Under the pieces are notes generated by a model. The model was not told the origin of the DNA and made no database searches. It saw only the letters and a program-made list of their open reading frames with translations. From Candidatus Zambryskibacteria bacterium RIFCSPLOWO2_01_FULL_35_19 (GTDB lineage Bacteria > Patescibacteriota > Minisyncoccia > Phycocordibacterales > WO2-35-19), in contig MHWA01000004.1 in the NCBI GenBank assembly GCA_001825335.1, positions 35,341-99,340 of the forward strand: a DNA stretch of 64,000 nt, in the 5' to 3' direction. The first letter of the stretch is position 1, and every line of letters begins with the position of its first letter. Both the position numbers and the translations under genes were made by a program. Positions 10,682-19,650 of the stretch are shown piece by piece.

Positions 10682-10886
10682 AAAAATCCCCACAAAGCCA
10701 CAGACAAACGAAATCTAAATGATACGAACGAGAAAATAGTGTTTAGAGGAGAGATATTTGTACTTCTTTTCACTTGCGCAAATAGAAGCAATATTACTCA
10801 CACCGTTTCCTTGCTCGCCCGCCATAGCTTTTTAAGCGAAGGAGAGTCGATTAGATTCCATAGTCTGCAGCTCTGTGGGGATTTTT
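10682..10886 (-). ncRNA. Predicted ~205-nt rod-like structured RNA at the 3' end of the cassette array
   Basis: Minus strand: AAAAATCCCCACAGAGCTGCAGAC pairs with GTCTGTGGCTTTGTGGGGATTTTT; inner stems GGAATCTAA/TTAGATTTC and CGGGCGAG/CTCGTTCG rely on G-U pairs valid only on this strand. Confidence 0.5.
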
Positions 10887-10952
10887 CAAAATTTTATCTG
10901 CACCACGCCAATTTCTTCACAAACCTGCCCCATTAGATATTTCATCTAATGA

Positions 10953-11123
10953 GGTCTTCCAAACACACGACAGTGTCAAGGTTCAACCTTGACACTCTGA
11001 TTCGCGAACTTGGAAAATGAGGTGATGATCGGGGTCACCTCGTATAAACAACCGAAAGAACAATTCCTCGCCGATCGCGAGGATAAAACCGTGGGAGCTT
11101 TTATTAGGTCTGGGTAAAAGCTC
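10953..11123 (-). repeat. Structured repeat A, copy 1
   Basis: Near-identical to 11534-11723 and 12035-12222 except for a shorter variable central segment. Confidence 0.92.
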
Positions 11124-11154
11124 CACAAAAACCCTTAAATCGGGGATAATGGGG

Positions 11155-11373
11155 TCAAAGTGTTCGATTCTCAAACGCAGACTTAACCGCGTTCATAGCG
11201 TCCGCGAGAGAATCAAACACACCTTCAGCCCCCCACGCTCCAGAGAGACGGTATCTATTATCAAACGACCGCTGTGCTGTCGCCATGATACCTCCGTCTA
11301 AAATGCAACGGTAATGGGTGGTGCTTTCTACCACCCACAACAATATACCGTCGGACCAATGTTCCTTTTTCAT
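11155..11373 (-). CDS. Small hypothetical protein (72 aa), array cassette
   Basis: SD GGAG upstream of ATG; lies between repeat B and repeat A. Confidence 0.65.
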   Translation of the reverse strand: MKKEHWSDGILLWVVESTTHYRCILDGGIMATAQRSFDNRYRLSGAWGAEGVFDSLADAMNAVKSAFENRTL

Positions 11374-11374
11374 C

Positions 11375-11493
11375 TCAAATCTCCCTCTAACTCCTCACTT
11401 GGCACATGCCGGCGCATTGGTTTGCGTGATCCGGTCAGGGCTGTGAGAAGTTTGGCAAGGCCATTCGCTTCACCAGCGGGAACCTTGCAGAAA
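11375..11493 (-). repeat. Structured repeat B (5' leader element), copy 1
   Basis: ~65-nt core identical to 12589-12729; ends in an SD immediately before the ATG. Confidence 0.9.
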
Positions 11494-11533
11494 CCTAAAC
11501 CGTCCGTTTTTTCAAAATTTTTTCAAAACAGGC

Positions 11534-11723
11534 GGTCTTCCAAACACACGACAGTGTCAAGGTTCAACCTTGACACTCTGATTCGCGAACTTGGAAAATG
11601 AGGTGATGATCGGGGTCACCTCGTATAAACCAAATGAACAACCCTTCAATTTCTCTCAGGGCAAGCCTCGCCGATCGCGAGGATAAAACCGTGGGAGCTT
11701 TTATTAGGTCTGGGTAAAAGCTC
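11534..11723 (-). repeat. Structured repeat A, copy 2
   Basis: Direct repeat of copies 1 and 3. Confidence 0.92.
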
Positions 11724-11755
11724 TGGGGAAAAACCCATGAAGCGATAAGACTCTA

Positions 11756-11938
11756 TTAGAGTCTTTTTTTCAACTCCCCCAAAAACTGGGGGAGTGTTTT
11801 TTTGGTGGGCGGAAGAAGAAGATTATCCTTCCACCCGTAGCCATTGGCTCTAAATCCGAGCCAAATAGCTACCCCCATAGCCCCGAAGACGACCGCAAGG
11901 GTCGTCAATACAAAAAAAATGGACTCTACTATTCCCAT
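11756..11938 (-). CDS. Small single-TM protein (60 aa), array cassette
   Basis: AGGAG SD then ATG at 11938: MGIVESIFFVLTTLAVVFGAMGVAIWLGFR... Confidence 0.65.
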   Translation of the reverse strand: MGIVESIFFVLTTLAVVFGAMGVAIWLGFRANGYGWKDNLLLPPTKKTLPQFLGELKKRL

Positions 11939-12034
11939 TTTTATTTTTCTCCTTCTCTCTCCCCCGCTTTTCCCCGAGGGTGGGAAAATTCTAAACCAAA
12001 CGATTTCTAAAATTAAAAAAATCAGAAATCGCGT

Positions 12035-12222
12035 GGTCTTCCAAACACACGACAGTGTCAAAGACGGTCTTTGACATCCTGATTCACGAACTTGGAAAAT
12101 GAGGTGATGATCGGTATCACCTCGTATAAACTGAATGAACAACCCTTCAATTTCTCTCAGGGCAAGCCTCGCCGATCACGAGGATGAAACCATGGGAGCT
12201 TTTTAGGTCTGGGTAAAAGCTC
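12035..12222 (-). repeat. Structured repeat A, copy 3 (diverged, compensatory changes)
   Basis: Palindrome tgtcaaagac-g-gtctttgaca replaces tgtcaaggtt-c-aaccttgaca of copies 1 and 2. Confidence 0.9.
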
Positions 12223-12242
12223 CGGAAAAAAACCCAGAAGAT

Positions 12243-12587
12243 CTAGCTCTTCGCTAACTTGCGGATACCAATGCGTCCACGCCCTTCTTCTGCATTTTCT
12301 AGGCCGTTGGAGCGCATTATTTCCGGCCATTGGGCCAGGCCGGACCTGAAAAGCTTACCGGTGTTGTTTCCGGTTATCCAGTACCCCGGGAAGGGCGTCT
12401 TCGCGTTTACTCTTTTTACCAATTCCTCGTATTTGAGGAATTCCCCTTCTTCCATCGACCGGGAAACAACCATCCCGATCCACATCTTAATCTGATTAAT
12501 ACTGAAAGCCGGCTCTATACCGGCCTCCTCTCTTTTTGGATTCCTGTTATATTTGTGTGTCACAGGGAACGGACTTACGTTCGTCAT
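12243..12587 (-). CDS. Hypothetical protein (114 aa), array cassette
   Basis: GGAGGAG SD at the end of repeat B, ATG at 12587. Confidence 0.65.
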   Translation of the reverse strand: MTNVSPFPVTHKYNRNPKREEAGIEPAFSINQIKMWIGMVVSRSMEEGEFLKYEELVKRVNAKTPFPGYWITGNNTGKLFRSGLAQWPEIMRSNGLENAEEGRGRIGIRKLAKS

Positions 12588-12588
12588 T

Positions 12589-12729
12589 TCAAATCTCCTC
12601 CCAACTCCTCACTTGGCACATGCCGGCGCATTGGTTTGCGTGATCCGGTCAGGGCTGTGAGAAGTTTAGCAAGGTCATTCGCTTCGATTCGACCACTCTT
12701 GCAAGTGGAAGCAGCGGACCTTGCAGAAA
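12589..12729 (-). repeat. Structured repeat B, copy 2
   Basis: Same core as 11375-11493, with extra hairpins inside the GCAAGG/CCTTGC stem. Confidence 0.9.
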
Positions 12730-12930
12730 TTTAGGAATTGTCTTCCACCTCATCGGTGGATAAATTCACAACCCCTCTTGCCACACCAAATTTAGATTAC
12801 ATCCGCACTGCCTAAGCAGATTGGGACCATCATTTAGTTTGGCGAAGAGGAACTACGATAGTGTTCTGGCAAAACCAGAATTTTTCACATTTCATTCCCA
12901 ATCGCTATGATATTGTCAATGACCTTCAAA

Positions 12931-12974
12931 GAAAAAGACGACTAACTCTCCTAGAAGAATCAGTCGTCTTTTTC
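12931..12974 (-). terminator. Terminator/attenuator-like hairpin in the array leader
   Basis: GAAAAAGACGACT...AGTCGTCTTTTTC stem followed by TTT, ~100 nt downstream of the promoter. Confidence 0.55.
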
Positions 12975-13083
12975 CAAAGCTTTCTGCTTTGTAGAGCTTA
13001 CGCATAATTCATGATTTTTGATTCATGATTATGCTCCGCTCGTGACTCTCTCCTCTAAAAGATTGCCTTTCTTAACTGTCTAA

Positions 13084-13112
13084 AGTATAGCATAGTTCAC
13101 TTTTTTTGTCAA
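13084..13112 (-). promoter_or_regulatory. Near-consensus sigma70 promoter facing the array
   Basis: TTGACA-17 bp-TATACT with TG extension. Confidence 0.8.
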
Positions 13113-13232
13113 GGAAAATTTCTTTTTTCTTACCGAGATTGTCAAAATATGGCTTAAAATAAGGCGATTATCAAAATACTTTTCAGCATCTAACTACCCG
13201 TCAAACCCGCCAATCGATTGGCAGGTTTGTTT

Positions 13233-14116
13233 TTATAAATCTACAAGGCAAGTTCTACCATCTCTGTTTAAAGAAACTTTGTGTTCAATGATATTAATTT
13301 CTCCCCTTTTAATCACCACTTCCAAAACCAAACCAGTAGAAACATTTTTGTTCCAATATTGGTCAAAGATAAAGTTGCCGAGAGAATAATAAATTATCGT
13401 CTCTCCTATTTTTTCAGAAGGGAGGATAACGTGCGGGTGTGAACCAATGACAAGGTCAGCTCCAGCTTGAGCAAACATTTTTGCATAATTTTTTACTCTC
13501 ACTGGAGGCAAGATATATTCATCACCCCAGTGAGTATAGACAAAGACCATTTGTCCTTTTGATTTTTCGTCATCTATTTTTTGAACCACTTTTGAAGCAG
13601 AGTCGCCATCAAACTCGTTATAAGATATGAAAGATACTTTTATCCCCGCTATTTTAGCCCTATAAACAGATTCATCTCCAGCCGCTCCTCCAAAATAATC
13701 CACTCCTGCCTCGTCTAAATATTTTTTAGTTGAAGATATACCTTCTTTGCCAAAATTATTTATATGATTGTTTCCTAAATTTACCATCTTTATATTGTTT
13801 TTGGCTAAAAGTTTGGCAACATTGGTAGGAAAAGTAAATACATAATTGTTATCACTACCGGATGTAGTAAACAAACTAACTGATGCATTTTCAGTAATTG
13901 GTCCTTCTAAATTACCTACTATTAAATCAGCTTCTTTTAAAAAACCAGAAATACAAGAAAATACATAATCTTCTCCATTCTCATACATCATCTTTCTTAT
14001 TTGCCTATCAAAAAAAATATCACCCACAAACAAAACTTTGGTTTCTTCTTTTTCATATAAAAAAAGCTGACAAACAAAATAATTAAAACAAAAATAATAA
14101 TATAAAGTTTTTTCAT
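13233..14116 (-). pseudogene. CapA/PGA_cap metallophosphatase; N-terminal anchor frameshifted at a T7 run
   Basis: FVGD, NLEG, NNH, HWG, GSHPH, YSLGNFIFDQ motifs in 13233-14033; ATG 14116 gives MKKLYIIIFVLIILFVSFF one base out of frame. Confidence 0.75.
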
Positions 14117-14215
14117 AAAATCTAATTATAATATAACCTCAATTGTAAACCACTCTTTTTAGGATTTGATTTTATAGTGCTAAACATATAATCTAAGGAC
14201 CAGAGAGAACTCAAT

Positions 14216-14428
14216 ATGAAACTAATAGAAAAATCACGTACGAAAGCAATCGGTTTAATTGTAAAAGAAGGGACTGCGACAAAACCCCATCTCTGCAAAG
14301 AATGCCGCTCTGTGATTAATGTGGGGGGTGAGTACAGAAGTATTAAGGGTCCCGGTCAAAATGGTCAGACCTTTTGGTATCATCTTCTAGGGTGTCCACC
14401 ACACAAAAAAAGGAATAGAAAGAGTTGA
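14216..14428 (+). CDS. Small putative zinc-finger protein
   Basis: CKEC...WYHLLGC; followed by hairpin ggggttctc/gagaacccc. Confidence 0.55.
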   Translation: MKLIEKSRTKAIGLIVKEGTATKPHLCKECRSVINVGGEYRSIKGPGQNGQTFWYHLLGCPPHKKRNRKS

Positions 14429-14501
14429 CCAAACCGAACACTATTCCAAGAGGGGTTCTCATTGAGAACCCCTATATTTTTTATAAAACAAAAAAGCAAT
14501 T

Positions 14502-15122
14502 TTAATACTGGCTCTGTTTTGGGCGATAGGAGATGGCTTCAAGGATGTGGGAGGGAGTGATTTCAAAAGATGAATCTAGGTCAGCGATGGTGCGGGCCAA
14601 TTTTATTATCTTATGATAAGAGCGAGCAGAAAGATCTAGAGTTTTGGCTGATTTATTCAAAATTTCCTTAACCTCATCTGATATTTTTAAAATAAGAGTG
14701 ATATCTCTAGCGCTCATTTCGGAATTAGTAGCTATTTTTCTATTAGCATCTTTAAATCTTTTTTCTTGAATGTTTCTAGCTTTGACTATCCTATCTCTCA
14801 TCGGGATACTTTCGCTTCTTTCTGCTTTTTCGGTCAGTTTTTCATGGTCTACTTTTGAAACTTCTGTCCATATATCTATACGATCTATTATAGGTCCAGA
14901 AATTTTCCTTTTGTATCTTTCAATTTGCAAAGGCGCACAGGTGCAAGGTTTGCCTTTGATACCGTAGTTGCCACAAGGGCACGGATTCATAGCCGCTATT
15001 AATATAAAATGAGCTGGAAATTTAACGGTACCTTTAGCTCTAGATATAGAGACCACTTTTTCTTCCAATGGCTCTCTTAAAGATTCAATGGCTTTGTTTT
15101 CAAATTCAGGAAATTCATCAAG
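14502..15122 (-). pseudogene. comM: 3' part of host comM/YifB (Mg-chelatase-like AAA+), cut off by the insertion
   Basis: Homology starts abruptly at LDEFPEF and continues AAMNPCPCG, ISGPIIDRID, LSARSYHK. Confidence 0.93.
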
Positions 15123-15432
15123 GATGTTCGGTTTGCAAATGGACTTTTTTATGAAGCTGCGCAACACTTTTTTATTTTAAAGAGCCAACTCTTACTCCAC
15201 TTCTATAAGTTTAACAAGTTCTGCAAATTTTGCATAAGTTTTCTACGAACAAGAAATCTTCTACTCTTAAGGAAGCAGTTTTTATTCTGTCATTATGTAT
15301 GCTCGTGCGCGTGAATTAACGTTCAACGTTGCACAGCAGTCATAAAATCCTAACTGTAAACAAGCTGTTAAAACCTAAAAAAGCTTTATTTTAAGGTCTA
15401 TAATATGAATCTAGTGTAAAATAGCGTAAATA

Positions 15433-16938
15433 CTAGAACAAGGTAGACTGCTCTTTGTGTGGATTTGTGGATAACTTTTCTTCCTTTGCAGATAAATTTT
15501 TATGGGGTATATAACTATTGTTTGGATCATTTTTTGATGAAGATGACGACTGCAAAATTCCCCAAGAAATAAGCTCATTTAATTTTCTTAGTGCGTAGGG
15601 TTTAGATTTACCCAATATTTCCTGACATTTTGTTGAGTTTATTTCTTTTTCTTTCTCAACCACTTTTAAAATCTTTTTGTGTTCTGTGTCTAATTTAATA
15701 TTTTTTAAAATTGAATCTGGTATGATAATTTTTTCTCCCCCGTCAACTATAGATTTATCGCCCCCATTAAAGATGACCTGGAACCTGTCTGGAAATTCGC
15801 CAAATTCCGGCTCTTTAAGACCAGCTTCTCCGCAAAGATGTATCATTCTTTTTAATCCCGTTCCCCTTTTATCCATATATCCAAGTTGAACTAACAGGTC
15901 AGCAATAATAGGATTTCTAGTTTTTGGTATAAAATCTCCGGACAAAATAGTTTCTACAGTAAGAGGAGCTATCAGACCTCCAGGATTTTGGATCATAACT
16001 TTTTTACCATGAATCTTCAGCTGAATTTCTGATCCGCTATCACTATAATCTCTATGCGTGATCGCATTGATTACGGCTTCCCTGATTGCCTCAATAGGTA
16101 TATCCGGTATTTCTGTCCTTTCGAAACCTACAACTTTTGCCGAAACTTTTATATTTCTTCTAACAAAACTTTCAAAATCTTTTATTTGTTCGAATATATT
16201 TCCGCTAAATTCAGCTATATCATCCCAATCAGTTGAATCCGGATCAGATTTTGCTTCTGCTCTTATTCTTGAGTTCGGCAAAAAATCCTGAGGTGTTTTT
16301 CCAAATAACAACAATCCGGCTATCGTCGGCTTAGATTCTCCGTTGGTGTTTGTCAAAATTTTCATTCTGCAAAGAAGTTTTATCAAATCATCCCCTATTA
16401 TTTGAGAGCGCTCCCTCTTTTCCAGAGTTACTTTAATGAATTCCAAATCAAGATCTTCAATTGTAGAATTTGTGACTGGTCTATTATCGCACACCTGACT
16501 ATTTCTTCTATATAATTCGGCGATTTCTTCTTCGTTCGCTTCAACATTATTTGAACCTCTGCGTATATAAACTTTCCCGTTTGCCTTATAGGGCGGACTA
16601 TCTCCTCGTTCACAATGAACGATCACGATATGGTGTCCACCATCTTTGAAAAATTCAATCTTTGGAAATGGGTTTGGTTCCGGATTGCATCTGCCTCTTA
16701 TTTTATTAACCAGATTAGATTCTAACGTCTGGGGCAACATTTCACCAAGACCTACAACTTTTCTCTCGTGACCATCCTCTTGTACCCCAAAAATAATTTT
16801 TCCGCCTCTGGTATTATAAAAGGCAACTATAGTTTTTATATCTCTGTCTTTGTCTTCATTCATTCCTAAAGCTGCCCTGAATTCCAGATCATCGTTTTCA
16901 AAATCGTCTAGCAAACTATTAAATTCATCCAAATTCAT
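15433..16938 (-). CDS. AlbA_2 (Schlafen-like) + HATPase_c_4 + C-terminal wHTH protein
   Basis: ENDDLEFR, IVAFYNTRGGKIIFGV, AIREAVINAITHRDY, NPGGL, RNPIIA, GTGL. Confidence 0.85.
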   Translation of the reverse strand: MNLDEFNSLLDDFENDDLEFRAALGMNEDKDRDIKTIVAFYNTRGGKIIFGVQEDGHERKVVGLGEMLPQTLESNLVNKIRGRCNPEPNPFPKIEFFKDGGHHIVIVHCERGDSPPYKANGKVYIRRGSNNVEANEEEIAELYRRNSQVCDNRPVTNSTIEDLDLEFIKVTLEKRERSQIIGDDLIKLLCRMKILTNTNGESKPTIAGLLLFGKTPQDFLPNSRIRAEAKSDPDSTDWDDIAEFSGNIFEQIKDFESFVRRNIKVSAKVVGFERTEIPDIPIEAIREAVINAITHRDYSDSGSEIQLKIHGKKVMIQNPGGLIAPLTVETILSGDFIPKTRNPIIADLLVQLGYMDKRGTGLKRMIHLCGEAGLKEPEFGEFPDRFQVIFNGGDKSIVDGGEKIIIPDSILKNIKLDTEHKKILKVVEKEKEINSTKCQEILGKSKPYALRKLNELISWGILQSSSSSKNDPNNSYIPHKNLSAKEEKLSTNPHKEQSTLF

Positions 16939-16992
16939 TAATCAGAGAATACTACTTTTCAGATTCTATTACAATAATTTATGCCATCTGAA

Positions 16993-17295
16993 TCAACAGA
17001 GTTTATTATTTTCAAACATCCAGACGAATTCTTTCAGATTCTTACCCAAAATATAGTATCTAACGCCAGATTTTGTACCCATTCGTATTGGTTTTAGAAT
17101 ATGGCCATAGTAGTTTATGTATTTTATTGTAGTCTTGTAGCTCTTTCTCCAGTAAAAAATTTCTTTTTCGCATATCTGCCTTGCTGAATAGTATTCCGTA
17201 TCTACAGGATCAAACCTGTGCATTGGCTTGTAGGCCTCGCGCGTGCTCCCACGATCCTCGCTGGACTCATTATTTGTGTTTGTAATGGTATTCAT
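16993..17295 (-). CDS. Small putative DNA-binding (excisionase-like) protein
   Basis: YYSARQICE...RYYILGKNLKEFV pattern; immediately downstream of the integrase. Confidence 0.45.
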   Translation of the reverse strand: MNTITNTNNESSEDRGSTREAYKPMHRFDPVDTEYYSARQICEKEIFYWRKSYKTTIKYINYYGHILKPIRMGTKSGVRYYILGKNLKEFVWMFENNKLC

Positions 17296-17300
17296 TATCT

Positions 17301-19061
17301 TTAAACTAAAGTTCTGGGGAAATACATTAGGGGGTTGGCTCGGAGTATTTCCGCCTGCCTTGCGGCTAAAGTCATCGTTTTGATGTTTAAGACAAGCGGG
17401 AAACCTTCTTTTTCTTCCGAAACTTTGGAACCAAGCTTAATTGTTGCCGTCTCGGTTGAACTCGGGAAGCGAAAAACAACCGAAGCGTAATCCTCTTTTG
17501 CATAAAGAGTGATCCTTTCAACAAAAAGTCTGACTATTTCCATTTTTTCTTCGTAAGATACATCGTCCAGTCTCACTTTTACTTTTTCGTAAGCTTTTCC
17601 GATAGCCACTTCCCTTTCTGCTTTCTCTTTTTTAGTGAGCAGAGATTGCCTCAATCTGTTCGCTTCGTCATTAAGCTTCTTTTCTTCGGCCCCATTTGAA
17701 TTACTATGCTCACTGTATTTTTCTTTGTCTATTTGACCGTTGATGTAGAGGTCGTCTACTCGGCTTTGTCTAATCTGAACAGACGATAGCTCTACAGCTA
17801 TTTGCTCGAGCCTCTCTTTGACATTCTCCGGGCTTTCTTCCCTATAGATGTATTTCTCCAAAGGGTCAAACATATTCTTTGGATTCTTAAGGATTTCTTT
17901 GAGACATTCCCAGATTGGTTCTAGTCTGGATTCGGCATAAACCGGACACCACTTACAACGCTTTGAAGTACCGATCGGTTTGTCATTGTGATAAGTACCA
18001 TGGTAGTACCTGCCTCCGGCCATAGGCCACTTTTTTGTTGGCGGTTGGTAGCCAGAAAACATTTTGTATCCACACACTCCGCAATATATGAGTTTTGCAT
18101 ACATGTAATCTCTCTTTTGATTTCGCCTTGCAAGTTCTCTGTTTTTTAGAAGTTGTGTTTTTGCCGCTTCAAACATTTCTCTGGTGATTATGGGTTGTGT
18201 CTCCATTGGTATCCAATCCTCTTTCGGTCTAAGCATTCTTTTATCGGTAATGCTTGTGAGATTATTGAATGGTCTTTTGTATTTTCTGTAGAAAAAATTT
18301 CCAGTGTAGGTTTCGTTGGTCAAAATGCGACCGATAGTTCGTTTGTGCCAGTAGTCTAAGGTCTTTCGTTTTTTATACTTAGCAACATACGGAGCTGAAA
18401 CTTTAAGTTGATTCATTCTCTTTTCAATTTCTCGTAAGGGAAGTTTTTCGTCGACTGCCCAATGAAAAAGTTTTTTGACGATTTTGGCTTGTTCCGGTTC
18501 AATAACGAGTCTCTTTGTGGTTTTATCTACTCGGTAGCCGTAAGTCGCAACACCAGTCACAAAGTTTCCTTGTTTAGCGGCCTGAAGTTTGCCACCCAGA
18601 GTTCTCTCGCGAATCATTCCCCTTTCAAACTGAGCAAACATGGCTAGTATTTGCATGACCATTTGTCCAACGGGAGTTGAAGTGTCAATCGGCTCTGTCA
18701 CGGATCGGAAAATAACTTTCAGCGCTTCAAAATGTTCAATGATTCCCAAGAACACTTTTAAGTTTCTGGCCAGACGGTCAATTTTATAAACTAAAACCAC
18801 ATCAAACTCTTTTTGCTCAGCGTCTTTAAGAAGCTGTGTCAGTCCAGTTCTTTTTTCGGGATGGGTGCTACCGGATATAGTGTCTTTGTAGATGTGAGAT
18901 TCTTCAAGTTCAAATCCTTGTGATTTACAGTAGTTTTGTCCTCTTTCAAGTTGTACTTCTGGACCAAAATGTTCTTCATCATCTTGGCCTGTTGTCGAAA
19001 CGCGAATATACAAAGCCGCTTTTAATTTTTTATCCTCTTCTTTTTTAGTTGTCTCTATCAT
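17301..19061 (-). CDS. Large serine recombinase (integrase)
   Basis: YIRVST catalytic Ser, DRLAR, helix E FAQFERGMIRER, GY motif, recombinase domain, CGVCG zinc ribbon, coiled coil. Confidence 0.95.
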   Translation of the reverse strand: MIETTKKEEDKKLKAALYIRVSTTGQDDEEHFGPEVQLERGQNYCKSQGFELEESHIYKDTISGSTHPEKRTGLTQLLKDAEQKEFDVVLVYKIDRLARNLKVFLGIIEHFEALKVIFRSVTEPIDTSTPVGQMVMQILAMFAQFERGMIRERTLGGKLQAAKQGNFVTGVATYGYRVDKTTKRLVIEPEQAKIVKKLFHWAVDEKLPLREIEKRMNQLKVSAPYVAKYKKRKTLDYWHKRTIGRILTNETYTGNFFYRKYKRPFNNLTSITDKRMLRPKEDWIPMETQPIITREMFEAAKTQLLKNRELARRNQKRDYMYAKLIYCGVCGYKMFSGYQPPTKKWPMAGGRYYHGTYHNDKPIGTSKRCKWCPVYAESRLEPIWECLKEILKNPKNMFDPLEKYIYREESPENVKERLEQIAVELSSVQIRQSRVDDLYINGQIDKEKYSEHSNSNGAEEKKLNDEANRLRQSLLTKKEKAEREVAIGKAYEKVKVRLDDVSYEEKMEIVRLFVERITLYAKEDYASVVFRFPSSTETATIKLGSKVSEEKEGFPLVLNIKTMTLAARQAEILRANPLMYFPRTLV

Positions 19062-19227
19062 GATTTTTTTGCTGACAAATTTTCAGTATCTTTTCTGGAG
19101 TTGCAAACTCAATTTCTTTTGATTTTATTTTTATTAACTGCCTTATGAGATCTTCTTTGTTTAGAGATTCAATCTCTTTGATTAAATCCGCTAGTAAATA
19201 ATCTCGTAAATCTTCAATACTATTCAT
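19045..19227 (-). CDS. Small hypothetical protein overlapping the integrase start
   Basis: 60-aa ATG ORF overlapping the integrase 5' end. Confidence 0.45.
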   Translation of the reverse strand: MNSIEDLRDYLLADLIKEIESLNKEDLIRQLIKIKSKEIEFATPEKILKICQQKNHDRDN

Positions 19228-19414
19228 AGTTTCAGGAAGCCCTTATTTGTTATTTCTAAAATATGCTTTTAAATAAAGGTTTCCTAAATACTATTGTTAT
19301 AGGTGTGTATATATAAGTACATATACTTACACATTTCTTTTGTTAACAACTGATGCGGGCATTGGTGCGCTTTACAGAATCTAAGGCCTTTTTGAGTCGA
19401 AAAGAAAAAGCCCA

Positions 19415-19627
19415 CTATATTTTGAATTTTCTTTGATTACGACGCTTCAGAGAGTCTTTTTCCATCTCAGCAAATACCCCTAACATTAGCAGAATATCCC
19501 TTCCAAAAAGTTTCTCTCGTTCAGCAGTGTCACTGTTTCTATCATTTAACACACGTGGATACATTGCCACGTTTTTGATATTTTTTGATTTCATAAATTT
19601 AGATTTTTTAAGTTTGTAAATTTTCAA
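19415..19627 (-). CDS. Miniature serine-recombinase-like peptide
   Basis: VAMYPRVL resembles AALYIRVS; GRDILLMLGVFAEMEKDSLKRR resembles GQMVMQILAMFAQFERGMIRER. Confidence 0.55.
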   Translation of the reverse strand: MKIYKLKKSKFMKSKNIKNVAMYPRVLNDRNSDTAEREKLFGRDILLMLGVFAEMEKDSLKRRNQRKFKI

Positions 19628-19650
19628 AGTTTAATTTCACTGATTTTCTC

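Noticed and set aside
10953-12729. CRISPR array or integron attC array
   Set aside because: Repeats are 120-190 bp with ORF-sized spacers; no cas genes, no adjacent IntI and no clear RYYYAAC/GTTRRRY ends
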